A stretch of DNA of 64,000 bases, from assembly GCA_009103225.1 (NCBI GenBank), contig RHPI01003330.1:256472-320471 (forward strand). Direction: 5' to 3'. Made by a program: the position numbers and the translations under genes. This DNA is from Chlorokybus atmophyticus (Eukaryota > Plantae > Mesostigma and Chlorokybus algae). Positions within the stretch are counted from its first letter, which is position 1, and each line of letters begins with the position of its first letter. The notes below the pieces were generated by a model. That model made no database searches. It had not been told where the DNA came from and saw only the letters and a list, made by a program, of their open reading frames with translations. Below are positions 1-14,700 of this stretch, piece by piece.

Positions 1-3000
1 TATTCGTAATTGACGTAGTCAAGAAGGAGCACAAGAAGTTTTTGATTGCGAACGAGGACTTGGTCGAGCGTTTGAGGAATTACACCAGCCTTTGATAACC
101 TGATTGAACCTTGGTTAGCAAATGAAATGAATGAAATTCACAGTGTGTGCATATCACAGCCTGTAGACCGAACGCGCTGGGTGCAAGTACCTGATGTCGT
201 GTACAAACGATTGATCTCGTTGTAGAACAACTAGCAATAGCTGCAGAGACAGGAGCACAGAACACTCTTCAAGGAACCCGTAAGACTGCTCAGCGCGGTC
301 AGGCATCGCCCGATCCGCACCAGGAGCTAAAATAAAGATGACTGTCTGGTATAGAGCGCTTTCTCCAAGAATATTCTGCCAGATTTAACAAGGATTGGCA
401 ACAACAAGCGACTACTTGTTAATCCAGCTTACAGCAGCCTGCCATACTGCAGCTGCTCCAGTTGGCAACAAATATTGAAGCAATAAACATTGAAAACCAA
501 TGGCTTCTGAAACACCTGCATGAGTTCCGCGTGTGGAGGAGTTGCTTGTTGTGCACCACCGGTGCTTATCGTGTTTTGTTCAGTGTCCTTTGCAGCGGTC
601 ATAGATGTGGCAGTATTCTGCAGGAGGCTGCAGGGTGATATGTGTGTCATGTGCTAATTCTCAGCAGCCCAGTTGGCATTACCACAACACCAATGTGCGC
701 AGCTCACCCCAAGAAGTACTCCAGGCAAGCAGTGGCAACCTCCCACTTCTGTGAGGGCACCTTGTACTGACGTTGTGCGAAATAGATAAATACGTGGTCT
801 CGCACAAAGTGAAAATACTTAGCGTCCCGTTGCATATGCGTTGAAGTTGCAAGTGGTCGCTGCAGCTTCTGAAGCGCGTTGAGCAGTTTGATCAGTCCTA
901 GTGTTGCAGGGTACTGCTCTTCCCGAGACTCAACCTCATTGAGCTCAGTGATTGCATCATACTGAGAGGCAGGAGGAGCGCTGGTTCCCCCGTTGCCATT
1001 GAAGTCCTGCCATGACATTCAGTTTGGCCAATTACACAGTGCCAGACCTAGCTGCCTATCGCAAGCAATGTGAAAGTAACCTGCAGAGTGCCTATTTCCT
1101 CCATAAGTGTCCATATGCGCTCAGCCAGCTCTGGAGCAAAGGCGAAAGCAGCGATTGTTTCACGCAGAGCACCCTGAATGCACTTGAGAATTATGGCACA
1201 TGCACATATGTGCAAGAATGCATGCCAGCAAGCATGAAACAGGTGCGCTTTGAAGGTGCACCCATACGTACATCAGCCTCAATAGAACGCTCGCTCAACT
1301 TGCCTTGAGAGAAACAGGAATTGAATAGCCGAGCAACAAGAATATGGTTTCTAGGGGCTGCAGCTTGTGAGTTGTTGTCAGCTCATGGTACCACTGCTGT
1401 TTATCAGCTGCAGTTGCATTGTCAAACACAGTCTGCAAAACTTGTAGGTATGCTTGCAGGCTGACAACATCCTCCCTGGGCATCCTCGGCGGTGACTACA
1501 TCACAACAGTTTATTCAGTATAGCCAAGAGTCAGCCATGCGCAATAACTGCGCAACATTGTTCGCAACATTGTATCTGGCTAGCACATTCACAATTTGTG
1601 CCAGCTGGCATGCTTGTTACGACTTTAACATGTAACATATGCAGTCACAATGTAGAGGTGACCGTCACCTGCAGTGTGCCCTCAGCCCTTTCTTGCTCTG
1701 ATGCAGCGAACATGTCGTTGTACAATTGCAGTGTGCGAAACAATGCCTCCCAGGATACTGCTCCAGGATCTCGACCATGTCGAAGCATTTGCATGAACAC
1801 TGCTCTAGCGCCGTCCTCATCAGATGCCTAATCACAGTCAGCTCCTCAACCATGCATATCAAGTAAGAATTAAATAGTAAAGGCTTACCAGAGCTGCGAG
1901 CAGATGCAGGTATGGTACAAGGGTAGTGTGGGAGCGATGTCCCTGGCCGACATACTCCACAAAAAGAGGAAGCTCTCGCCATTGCAATTGTAACTCAGGT
2001 TGTACCTGATGTTCGCAATCTCAGACACTGCACATCGCCTATCAACAAATACGACACAGCAAGGAGACAGCAATAGACCATTGAAGGTAACACTTGCCCT
2101 GTATATTGCAGAAACCAACTCCAGCAATGCAGCCAAAGCCGTCCCCAAAGAGTTGGCAGGTGCAGAGTACTCAGACTCTGTTGACGAGGCTACATCCTTG
2201 ATTTGCTTCACCTGTCAGCACACTGCTTCTTGTTGCTGCTGTACAAGAACGGCGGGAGAAAGTAGATGCATGCATGCACATGCCAATCACCTAACCTGCT
2301 CCTTGCCGATGGGGTCTGAGAGGAAGCAGCACAGCACTCTATGCACTGCATTGCTGTACAGGGCTCTATGGTAGTAATGGTCATCCGCAAAGGGTTGGGA
2401 TCCCAGCGATTTGTGTGCGAGGAAACCAAAAGCATCCCGTTCAATCGCAGACCTCAACAGCATCTGCGCCTCATCAACTCCAATGCTAGCTGGCTTATTG
2501 GCAGCGAGGAAAACGCCCCAAGCCCATTGCGCTGCAGCCATGAACCCTTCGTCTGCTATGGGAGCACTAGCCATAACCTGCACACCACGAGCTGTGATTG
2601 GTAAAGAGATGAGAACATGCAGCGGAGCATCCGCAGATGAGAGCACACCCAAGCTAGCAGCTATCACAGGTGGACACAGGCCGCAGAAAGGTAGGTATGC
2701 TCGGTCTAAGCATATGGACCCACACCTGTTGGGTGAACTCTTTGACAAATGCAGCGTTGCCAGCGAGGTCTGAAGCAGCGCCAGCAAAACCATTGCTACC
2801 ATCCGGAACCCTTGGGCAGACAGCCGAGATAAAAGCATACAGCGCTACAGATGCGATCTGCACGACGGAAGCATGCTGTTAGGGCTTGGAAAAATAGCGC
2901 GTTCCTACGACACGTGCTGCAGAACACATAACGATAAGGCACTACATCATGTCATACTTAAAATGTCTGCGTCACCTGAAAGCGTGTGAGGTCATTTGCC

Positions 3001-4703
3001 CTTTTCCAGTCTGCAGATAGGTCCCTCACCAAGTTATGCAAAGCTTGCAAGTTTTCTTTAGCTGCGAGGGTGATGATTCAGGGTACTGTCTTGCTGCAAG
3101 ATGTGGTGTCATTGCGCTTGTAGTACACATGAAAGACGAGTCAACCAGGTTTGATCCATTGGACTATAGAAACATGACATCGCAGATGCATTGTGATTTG
3201 TCTCATCAGTGACAACGCTCAACATAATTTTGTCACTTGCTCCAACCTGCAACCATGCTTGCCAAACGTTACTTACACAGCGGTATGTGTAGCACAGGCA
3301 GCAGCTCGCAGATGTAAAACAGGCACTCGCAGAGCATCCGGCGCTCTTTTTGGACAAGATCAGCTCGATAGACCAGCTGGCACCGCCAATCCTTCACAAG
3401 CTCCCCAGGGGAACCTAAACCATTAGGTCCTTCTCGGCCCAGGTCCTGTCTGTATTGTCAGCATGACATCACAACCGCTGACTACACCTCACACTTGATG
3501 GCAAACCTTGATTAAGGATATGATGCGCCCAACCAATGTGCCAGCTTGCAATAGCACTGTTATGTAGTCCCTAACATCCTCGAGTAGCTCTGGATGAACA
3601 TCAAATTCCAGCAGTTGCGACTGCACAATGTCAGCATCAGCAAGCAGCTGTCTGCAGCAACCACACTGTACACGACCCAACCACAACGAATGTGCATGCC
3701 AGTATAGCACCGAGTAGACAGCGCCATAGACACAGGCAAGCATGTGTGCTGGTAAATCAATGCAAGTATAATCTTTTACTTCTTCTATCGCGCTTGCCTG
3801 CAACAACTTGTGCAACACCGACAACAGGCTTTGGCGCTCTTGCAGAAATATGCCGCCAGCTAGCTGCAGTACTTCCTGAGGGTCTCTGTTCTCCAGGCCC
3901 CACTGCAGCAAGGCGAGCGTTAAAGCACTTGTGCGACACACACACTGAAACCTCAGTCTGTTTCTGGAACAACAAGAGACAGGCAGCGTACCTCTTGATC
4001 AGTGGCATTCAGCAGCTCTACACACTGGAGCTCATTCAAATTAAACTGCTCGCTCAACTGGACTGCCTGCAATCCACAAAGCAACATGCATGAGTTTCAG
4101 CATGCAAGGTCGTTATGAGTTGTGTTTCTGTAAACACGGTGACATTGAGAGCAGATCACCAATGAGTTGAGACAAGCACCGACACAACTGTTTTCTTGAC
4201 CATGCAATACATTGCACCAGTGCATGCTCACAGGCATGCTAGCTTACCAATTGGACGTCTATGTCTTCCAAGGGAATGAGAACCTGGTTGATATACACCT
4301 GCTTTGACTGCACGAGCTTTCGGTCCTGCTCGGACTTGGGCTGCAGCGAAGAACTAGTTGAGGACAAGCTTGGCGGAAAAATACCATAGTAAATGATAAC
4401 GGTAAGTCGTGAGCTAGGCACTGCTATGCAGAGGCAATGCTTTGGGAAAGCAACCACACATATGCTCAGCACACAATCGATTTTGAAATCGCTATTGCTG
4501 CTCACTACATGCAAGGTGCACAGCTGCACAGCTGGTGGATGGCAACCACACTGCTCTGCACTTACGGGAAATTCGAGAAGGTGCTCAAATTGTGAACGAG
4601 CCCTTCTCAAGTCGCGCATAATCTCAGCGTGCAGGCGAGGCTGTAAGTCCTTGGCTTGCAAGGCTACCTCCACCCTCCTTAGCAACTCCCTGTGGCTGCC
4701 CAT
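1..4703 (-). CDS. NUP205: Nucleoporin Nup205, multi-exon, 3' end beyond the left edge
   Basis: ATG at 4703 (MGSHRELLRRVEVAL). Exons encode WGLENRDPQEVLQLAGGIFLQERQSLLSVL, GLIKLLNALQKLQ...RDHVF and LGESALYQTVIFILAPG...SLQLLLVVLQRD, which match plant NUP205 segments. Exons are bounded by GT-AG. Confidence 0.88.
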
Positions 4704-5267
4704 TGCTGCAACGAGCTGTTGACTCTGGGCCGACTAGGCGAGACAGGCTACCCGCTCTTGCGCTATACGTTGTGTGATTAGCTTCACCCTTTACACAGAC
4801 AAGCCTGACAAAGCTTCACCTACGCCCATGCCCATGCCCATGCCCGTGCCCAAGCCGTCGCCGCCGCCAGAGGCAGCATTGGCGCCATGCACTGTTTAGG
4901 GTTGTCTTTCCGTTTGTGCACTCGCAGCAGGGCCAGCGAAAGGCAGCTGGTTGGATGCTAGGCGGACGGAGGAGGGCGGTGGCATTCTGAAGGTTGGCAT
5001 GATGCACTGCGTGTTGCTGGTTCCGTAACCACCAAGTAGCGGCTGCATCCGTGGCGTTTCAATTACCATTCGAAACATGCATGTATCAGCTTGGTCAGGT
5101 GTCCTTTGCTCAGTTGTGGTGGCATGCTGAAGTATTGGTTTGGAGCAATTCTGCTTACGTTGTCAATTGAACGAGCGAGGTTTGTGGCAACAGTGAACTT
5201 GGGTTTGGGGCTCATCCTGTACCGAAGCTGGCTGATCGGTTAGGGAGGCAGCATTGCACACAGCAGC

Positions 5268-8200
5268 ATGGAGGACGAAGAGGAGCTGGAGTTGGCGTCT
5301 ATCAGCTCCTCCGAAGAAGCCGGCAATCTGGCCGCCTCGTTACTGGACAGCGATGACGATGACAGCACTACACAGCCCAGCATACAGCCCCGCCGCTACA
5401 GCCGAGACAGCGATTTTGGGGAGGATGGGCTCAGCAGCTGGCAAGATGTGGACCATCAAGAGGTGAGGGCAGTTTGCTGCGTGCTCTCATGTCAGCAACA
5501 TGTTCATGCATGATAGTGTAGGCAGCAGTTGGCGTTTGCCTACTTGCTCAGCATGTCACAAATAATTGCAGCTTCATAGCACAGCAATGAATGAGCCAAC
5601 GACTACAGGAAGCGGCGTTGATTGACCTCATGCTGGTCATCTTACCTGGCTTGCTGCATCATGGCAGTCAAGTCAGCAGATGTTGTCCATTCCAATGCCA
5701 CGGAATGGTGTTCTCCACCTTTCACTGGACGTTTGCATAGCTCATCGTATCACATACTGCTGCATTCCGGCACACCACTTTGCATGCTGACTGTCCGCCT
5801 GGTGCCACTTGCGCTGCAGATGGCCATGCAAGTGGCTGGAATACTGCACTCTTACATCACACGCGCTGATGACAATAGTGAGGAGGCGACAATGCTTCGC
5901 GAGCTCTCATTGCATGAGGCTAATGCTGAGCCTACCGAGCACGAAGACCCTCTCGGCCTCGGGTGACTTACTGCTTTCTGAATTCGAGCAATTGCTTGTC
6001 ATCTTGCCACTAGCAGCAGCACTCTCAACTCAAACCATTGCATTGACAGGTTGATTGACCCCAAGTCTAAAAGTCTCATCAAGGAAGATATGAACGACTA
6101 CAGAGCTGAGCAGGAGCAAGCCCGTCGTCGCCGCATGACAATGTCGCTGAGGGCATCACAGGTGTTGCGCAAGGCGCCAGAACAACAAGCCAAGAAGCTG
6201 CATCCAATGCTGAGCTTAACGCCAGATGACGGTGTGTTAGCTAGTGGGCTTGGCATGTCAACCGTGTACTGTCGCAGGAGCGGATGACTGTTCTCTATGC
6301 AATGCAGACAATATACTGCCAAGTTCAGAACACTTTGATGCGGAAAAGTACTTGGCTCGGGTACACAGGGAGACGTCAATGCGAGATCTGGCCATGGGCC
6401 ATCGCAGTTTGAAAGAGCGCGTGTCAGAGCGCCAAAGCCAACTCAAGGTGAGTGTGGGTAGCAATCTGATGCGAGGCTGGTAGCTCTTGTCTTGTGTTCA
6501 GTTTTTGCTCAAGTCAAATGTCATATGTAGGCATTGGTGAAGGACAATTTTGAACGCTTTGTAAGTTGTGGCAACACGATTGAGGACATCGCTATGCGTC
6601 TACACCAAAATGTGACGGAGTCGGACGGCACAACAGCTCTGAGCAATGCCGTGGGAGTGTTGTTGGCTTCATCTCAACGAGCGTTCGTCCCGCTCATTGA
6701 ACGCCAGGAGCAGGCTGATCGCATCCGGTCTGTCCTGGGCTTACTTAGCCGCTTTCAGTCCCTCTTCAACCTGCCCAGCACGTGAGCATGAGAACTTTGA
6801 AGGGTGCAATGGTGCATCTGTTCATATAGTTTTGATGTTCGCAACCTTGTCCCAGCATGAAGGAGGACATTCACGTGGGTAAGTATGAGAAGGTTGTCCG
6901 CGAGTACAAAAAGGCCAAGTCTCTCATAGAATCCACACAACAAGGCATCCTTCACAAACTCTGGGAGGAGATATCACAAGTTGTAAAGGGGTTTCAAGGC
7001 ATGCTCTATCGGTACGCTCGTTGACAGTCGCAGCATTGCACTCTGCCGACGTTGTCAGTTGTGTTCATATGGTATGGTGACTTGTGCTAGTGCGCTGGAT
7101 ACTCCTGGGTTAAGGCCTGAGGATGCTGAGAGGGACATACGCCTGCTGTATGAAATTGACGCGAGTAATGATGCTGTCTGGCATTACTTGCAGGCCCAGG
7201 TAATGAGCGACTAACTCTTATCTGAGAGGTTAATAGGTACAGCTGCAACTTTATTGATATGGTGGTTTGCCCATCAGCATCACCATATTCTCGGGCTCTT
7301 TGAGGATTGCGAGCACCAGCGTGCAGAGGGCATCCAGGCTGTCCGGCAAAGAGCTGCGTCACTTGTACATACAGAAGCCAGGTGGAAGGAACTGAACAGA
7401 CCAGCAGAGTCTGGAGTCAACATATCTCTTCTGCTGGGCAGCACGAGTGAGATTAACAAAATCATGGTACGTCAAGCGCTTTTCAGATGAGCTTGTTGCA
7501 TGCTTCATATTGCGGCCTCCAGCATGCTGACATCATGTACTATCACTGTTTCAGCATGCCTGTTGCCAACAGGGCGTTACAGGAGCTGATGCGGTTGCCC
7601 GCAGGAAACAAGCAGCACAGATCTGGCCCAGGTGCACTTGGAGTACATCGCACAGCTGACTGCTGTGTTAACTGGCTCGCTGCCAGAGTACTGGCGGCTT
7701 GTTCAGTCTGTGGTCAATGGCAAGTTCTTGAAGGTGCAGCACTCTGATTTGTACTGCCATGTTGCTGAGACCATGCATGTTGTTGTTTATCACTGTCATA
7801 AGTCATCAGCATTGCCATTATGTGGTCGCAAAGTGGGCACACGTCGACATGCTGGTATGTGCAGCAACTGACTGTGGAGCTAAGCGCAGCCGATGACAAG
7901 CGCACTGCCGGTGACTCACCCATACCAAATACACCTCGTGTTGCACACACAAACAAGCTGCTGCAGGTAGCGAGGTTAGCGAGGTTAGCGAGGCAGCACT
8001 GTGTCCAGCATAACATGTTTGTGCATGGATTTGCACCTCGCTGACCAGTGGGCTGGTTGTGCGCAGGGGCATACACCACAAGAGACGGAGCAGATGGTCT
8101 TTGATCTTATGGCTGTTTATCAAGTATGATGTAGCTTCTTAATGCTGTAAACGATGCAGCTTGAACATGAGTCCATTGGTTGTTGAGGAATGGTGCATGC

Positions 8201-10543
8201 AGGCCAAAGTACATAATGGTGTGTCAGAAGTTGAAGCCGCAGGGACAAAGCAATGGCGTCACATGCGTGAGGCCACTCAGGAGGTTAGTCGACAGCTGTA
8301 ACCAGAATGCACAGATTGACTGCATCATGATGTCAATGCATGCACGGGCTTGAAGATCATCATCAACAGTGTGACTCCTTTAGCGCATTGCAGCATGTGT
8401 GCTAACACGTACCTTGGTAGCATGCTAAGTGGCGTCAGTTGCTGAGATGTCAATGCATGGGTGCTGACAGGATGGCTGCTATACAGGTTGCAGAAGCACA
8501 AAACCACCTGCAATCGGTTGCGGCAATCCCAACACGAGTGACTGCGATCACTGCCACACTTGTCACCGAGACATGTGGCGCTTTCGTGCAACATGTCTGC
8601 CGTGACATCCGAGAGCTTTCAACCAACATGTTCAAGCTTGAGGACTGGACGACAGCACCCATCGTCATGCACAAGTCAGCATAAGCACATCTCTGCCAGT
8701 ATGCATTGCGCACAAGAAGCAAGGTTTCGCCCTGCAGGATTGCATGTGTACACAGCACTCATGCGTGCTTGTACAGGCGCATAGCCAATCCATTTAGAAT
8801 ATCCAAGTTGCCGCTTCATCTTGGCAGCCTTTTGAGTTCCGCAATGGAGGATGTGTCGAGTGTGCTCCACCGTTCCAGTGCTAGCGGTGGCAAGCGGCCC
8901 GTGTCTGCTGGAGACTATGCCGCAATGCTCTCTGCTGTGCGCAGTACATTTCACGACTGTTTTGCTGCTTTCGCGGACGGGTTGCGTTTGCTAGCAAAGG
9001 AATCCATTACCGAGAAACGAAGTGGTGGTCAGGACATGGACAGCTCCCCTGCCAGCACCAGCCGTACTGCCCCATCAACATCTGCAAACTTGACGGTTGT
9101 TACGGTAAGGCGGCAATGTGTGTTATGCTCTCTATCGGTTGTATCATGCTCTCCATCGGCATATGTAAGATGCTGGGTTGTGTGTGTGCGCAGGGTGCCG
9201 CAGGTGACATTGTGGTTTCCAGGGAGGGCAGGTTGCTCATGTTAATCAGCAATTGTGCACATTCTCGGACAATCCTCTTGCCGGAACTTGCAGCAAAATT
9301 CAATCACGTGTTCCAGACATCATCAAAATTGCTGCAGAAGCTGGAGGAGGAGTTGCTGTCATTGTACATTGACCGAAAGGTGTGTTGCTGAGGGGTCTGT
9401 GCAAGTCATTACAATTATATTGATTGCGCATGGTAGTGACAAATAGCCAGTGAGCGCACAGCAATTAGCAGGACGAGCTTCACGTGCTCTCCGCAGCAGC
9501 ATTGATGTCGTTATTGTTACACAGGTTGGAGTGCTGCACTCTGCAGCTGAGGCCTTTCTCAATGATGGCAGTGTATGGGCAGCTGCACGCCCGCCTTTGG
9601 GTGTTCGCGGTGCAGTTCAGGATTTGCTGCTGCCTCTTGTGCAAGTACACTCCGAGGTGCGTGCTGTGTCCATCATCTGGCGATTACACATGCACATACT
9701 CTCAGCATGACACGTTGCATTCAACAGGTGTACGTTGGCGCTGAGCTGTATGTTGAACGGATTATCAGCCACCTTCTGGTCGTCCTTCTCAACGAGCTGA
9801 TGACTGCCATCACGCACCGGCTGAAGTCACTGAGCGCCAATGGCTACTGCCAACTGTCACTGGAAGTTGACTACCTCGAGGTTGTTCTTGCCACATATGC
9901 CGTCCAGGGCGTTGCAGACCTGTACACAAGCCTGCGCGCCTTGCTGCTGCAGTTGGCAACGAGCACTGCTGAGCCAGCAACAAGTCACCGCAGTACCATG
10001 AACAACGGTGGTCCTCCAGTAAGCGCAAAGCTTGAAGCAGCTGCGCGTGCAACAAGTGCGGAGTTGCTTGAGCATGAGCTGCGCCGAACTCGCATCAACG
10101 TGTTGTGCTTCGCACATGACATGCGTGCTCAGCGCCAGAATCAACCCACTCGCAGCAGCAGTGACAGCTTGCCTTCAGCCGCAAGCAATGGCACGGCTGC
10201 TTCCTCAGCTTTCGCAACTGGACCCGGAAGACCAGAGTCCTCGCGAATGGAGAGCGTGGATTCTGATTTGAGGCTACGCAGCACCCACTCTGCGGTTGAG
10301 ACAAGCAATGTGGTACGCAGCAGGTCGCAGACGGAAGCAGCCAGCGCAAGCAGCGGGCGCGTCGTCTCCGCTGCCTCAAGCAGTGTGGTTGAAACTGGGA
10401 GAAGGCGCATGCCTCCAGGAGACCTGAACCCAGCTACTCAAATGTCGAGTAGGACCAATGCACTTGACGTTCGTAATATTGACGCTAGTGCACTAAGGCA
10501 GGATCAGATTGACAGGACGCGGCGCCAGCTATTCAAGCAGTAG
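5268..10543 (+). CDS. SEC5: Exocyst complex component SEC5/EXOC2, multi-exon
   Basis: Acidic N-terminus, then SEHFDAEKYLARVHRETSMRDLAMG...LKALVKDNFERFVSC..TIEDI. Later LSANGYCQLSLEVDYLEVVL and ELRRTRINVLCF are hallmark plant SEC5 motifs. Stop TAG at 10541-10543. Confidence 0.92.
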
Positions 10544-11588
10544 TGCCATGTTGAATGCTTGCTTGCTGCTTCATCTTGCATTCTGAGGCTCTTTGCTGTA
10601 AAGAGGGTAGAATAGCATGCAAATGTCCTTGCACGCTGCTCACAAGTGTCATGGCTGCTGACACACGGCACGCTGAATGTGCTAGGCATTGACTTGCATA
10701 TGTGCAACTGCGCACTCTTCTACGCGAGGTAGAATACGCATGGACATAACACAAGAGTTGCATATAGCAAAACTCGGTAAAAGCAAATGTACCCGAGGCA
10801 ACCATGCATACACAGCAAGTGCACAAGCCAGCAAACAAGCAATGATACCGACAATGCACACAATCCCTAAATCCTGTGTTGTACAACACATCGCAAGCGC
10901 GCAGGCTGTATCATGAAACTACATGTTGCAGTCTGCTGTCACAGCACTCCGCATGTTATGCATGCGTCAGTCAACCATTGGAGTGCACTTGCGTTGCAAT
11001 TAGCACGCTATGCTTGTCATCCAACCATTGTAAGGCACTGGTGCAAGACAACTGCGTTGCAAAACATGCCGAGTACTTACATGTTGTTTGTATTCGTCTC
11101 TCTACTACATAAACAGCCACAGATACAGACAATTGTCCATATGTACCACAACACCAGTACAATCACAGTGTGGAGGTAGGTATTAGAGTAGGTAGCCCGG
11201 TGGTCGTGTATGTAGCAACGAGGTGAGTGCGTTGTGCAGAGTGTGGTCTAAATGGGCATACCCCTCTCGCATTTTTTGTACAACCACCGTCTAACACCAA
11301 TAGCCAGCACAGCAGTACAACAGCAACTAGCACGTATTCACATGCTTAGCGCACACCCAGTCAGGACAGTGCATTGGCCACAGTTGGGTATAGGGGCTGC
11401 CAACCAGCTGTACCAGGCGGCTTGCCAGATGTTTGAACGTGAAGCCTGTGCCTAGCGCAACACAACCACAAGAAGTGTGCGCCAACTTCAAGCGCTTTAG
11501 CCCAATGCGCAATGTCAGCGTCGTCGTCAAGTCGTGGTGGAATGCTCTACCTACCAATATGCAAGCCAAGCACGACACCAAGCACGAC

Positions 11589-11618
11589 TCACTCACTCAC
11601 TCACTCACTCACTCACTC
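11589..11618. repeat. (ACTC)n microsatellite upstream of the TFIIIC subunit gene
   Basis: About 7 tandem ACTC units are directly visible. Confidence 0.9.
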
Positions 11619-11708
11619 GTTATAGGCCTACTACATAAGCAACGCGGACCATCGTGACAAACACAGTGTCACATGCCAACCAGCGGCGCCCTTGCAGCGG
11701 CGCCTGCC

Positions 11709-14700
11709 ATGGAGGCGGAGGACCAGGCGGCGGACGACGAGGGGTTAGGCGGAGAGGATGAGGGGGCGGAGGCTGGTGCCTTGGCGCTGGTGCCTGCGGC
11801 AGAGGCATCAGCGCATGGCGATCTGCAGCAGGCGGCCCGGCCGGAGGCGTCTCCGGCTGCGGTCGGGGCTGAGGCGGAGGGCTGGACGCCTGCGGCGCTG
11901 CTGAGCTCAAACCCTAGGTTCCCGACCGCAGTGCGGTGGTCGCAGGACAACCTCCTGCTCGTCACGGCCGGCGCATACATTCACATACTGGTATACGAGC
12001 TGGGCATGCTTCCAACTGGTCCAACTGGAGCATGCAACTTGGCAGGCACGTGTTTGCTTGAGTGGGACAATTTGTCCATTGCACTGCATTGCTGTTGGCT
12101 TCCACAGTTGCCTCAAGTTACACAATGACAAATCTTGCAGCAGCACGGAGTGGCTGCGTTTCTACTTAGCGTTTTGCATGGGATAAATCCAAGCATACAA
12201 CCAGAAGAGTGAATGAACAAAACCATTTTACACTCGTGCCCTTTGCTTTGTAATGGTTGTGACTAGTCATCATGATTGCATGCACACACATTCTGCACAG
12301 ATCATGAAACATCAGCCTGTGCACACCGCAGAATCCGCACAACCTCAGTGGGCCGCGAGGGATCATCACTGCACCGCACCAAGCAAAGGCGAATGACGAC
12401 CAAGATGCACCAACAGGTAGTTTGAGTCAGCTCTGGACAAACATGAGCGCATATGTGCTTGTTTTGAAACGGTTCTTGAGCAGGTCCATCAAGCATTGGC
12501 GAGCTGTACCCACTGATGGTCGCTCCTCTGAGCAAGAGTGAGATGCTGTTGTTCCGTCAAGCAGCATGGTCTCCCGTCGGCTGTGCGCCATCTGGCGGGT
12601 GATGACAGTGCAGGAGCATGCGCGAAGCTGAATGAAAACTCGGCAGAGACTCACATGTGAAGCACTGCGCAGGTGCTTAATTGCTGCATTTACCACAGGC
12701 CGCCACATCAAGGTGTACAGACCATCCTACCCAGAAAGGCGTGCAGAATGGACGGAGGTAGAGCTTGTTGCCTTTGTTACAAGATTGCCCATGTTGTGGC
12801 AAGCGCATCCTCAAGCATCAGCCGCTGATGAAGCCCCCGCGCTGAAACTGTTGTCAGGTTGCTGATCTCGGTGCTGACCTCCTTGACTACCACGAATTGA
12901 CAGCGCAAGATGAAGCGCATGGTTTGTCGTCTGAGTACGTGCAGGTTTGTGAGCTGACATTCTATTAGTGATACTGTCGTCAACGTCTCTTTTGGCATTG
13001 CAATGCTCACATATTTATTGCAGAACATCCACTGGCTTCCTTTGCCAGGCACACACTCTGTTGCTGTTGCTTACAGCCTTGTTGTTGTCACCGTAACAGG
13101 TGGCAAATGCTGTGACAACACAGCAGTGCAAGGCCTCATCATTGGACATCAACACAAGCGGTGTACTGGGTAGAGTGTTGCCAGGGTATGTACAGAGGTA
13201 AGCTTGTCGTATCGATGTCTGTCAAAGCATGCATTTGCTCAGGAGCGCTCAGTGAGAAGCAGGCTTCTAACAGTGTTGTCTTGTAAGCAGTGCCAGTGGG
13301 GTCCTACACAGGCAAGGTGCGCTGCGTGCGGCAACGAAGAAAGTTAAGAAAGCCAAGAAAGCCAAGAAAGCCAAGTATGAAGGTCGCTTCCCGCAAGTTG
13401 ACGACAATGTAGAGGTACGCATTGTGTCTGTTGCTGGTGTTGAAGCGGCATCTGCAACGCGTTTGCCAACAGGTGTTCAGTGCTGCCAAAGGTCCCTGGG
13501 GATGCTGGCAGCCTGCACAAGTGACCAAAGTAAGGCTTCGCACTATCACTGTACAGCTCCACAACACAGTCTCAGGTATGAGCAGCTGATTGTCAGCTGT
13601 CGCAACTCTCACCTGTGAGTGACTTGCAAGTTCATGCTTTGATACTGTCCTTGAAGGTGCGGATCCAACCGGTATGTGCAAAGTCTCATTGGCGGACGCA
13701 AAAACAGCAGTGCCTATGCCCATCAAGCATGCAATCCGCAAGAAAGGCCCGCAGAAAAAAGCAAAGGCAAGTAGAGCACAGGCGATAAACATGCTTGTGC
13801 CACATATACGACCGCTGCGTGAAGACACGCAAGGTGTAGGCCAGCAGTTGGCTCTGCAGCAACGCGTTGAAGTACTCTATGAAGGCAGGTCAGTGACTGT
13901 GGGGTGTGGCAACTGCGGAACTATTACAGAACACTGACCTGTGATGCACCATCATTGCGCGCAGCTGGTGGCCAGGCATTGTGCAGGACTTGAAGCAGCG
14001 TAAAGAACAGTGCACAGTCCGGTTCGCTGGTACAGAAGATGCACGTTGCTGCACAACAGTCTTGAATGGCCCTCAGTGCCTTTACGAATACTCGTTCTCG
14101 CAGGTGCGAAGGCAACTGTTGTGGCCTTTGGTGCCGTGCGTCCTGTAAATACAGTTTGGAAGGACGCTCGCTGGATGCCCATTGATGAGGTCTTGGTACG
14201 GAACGAACAGCCGCTTACTTCCGCGCAGAAGTCGGCTTTTGAAAAACCGTCCACCATTGCTGGCCCCCCCAAGGTTGGCAAGGTAAACTAATGCACAGAT
14301 GTGTACACAAACCACTGTGACTGAAGCATTGTGGTCTTGTGCCGTGACAGCAGAAAGATGTTGTGCCGCGTGCAAAAGGGGTGAGCTCCTTGCAAGGCGC
14401 ACAGGGGCGAAAGCGAAAGCACTGCGATGAGGCAACTAAGCTATCCACGACGATGGCCGAGGTGGGCAGAATTCAACACGCTGTGTTGTTGGAATTTGCT
14501 GGCTGGGATATATGCTGCGAGACATGGCTTATGTCTACTGACAACACAGCATGCTGCGATTCAATCCAGGACGTTTTCATGAGGTTTGCAGCAGCTAGGG
14601 AGGAGATACCCAGAAACGAGCGAGAAGTCTATGACACAGGTAGGCTTAGCAACTTTGTCGGGTGATGGATGATGCAAAGTCAATGCGTTTCATGTCATAA

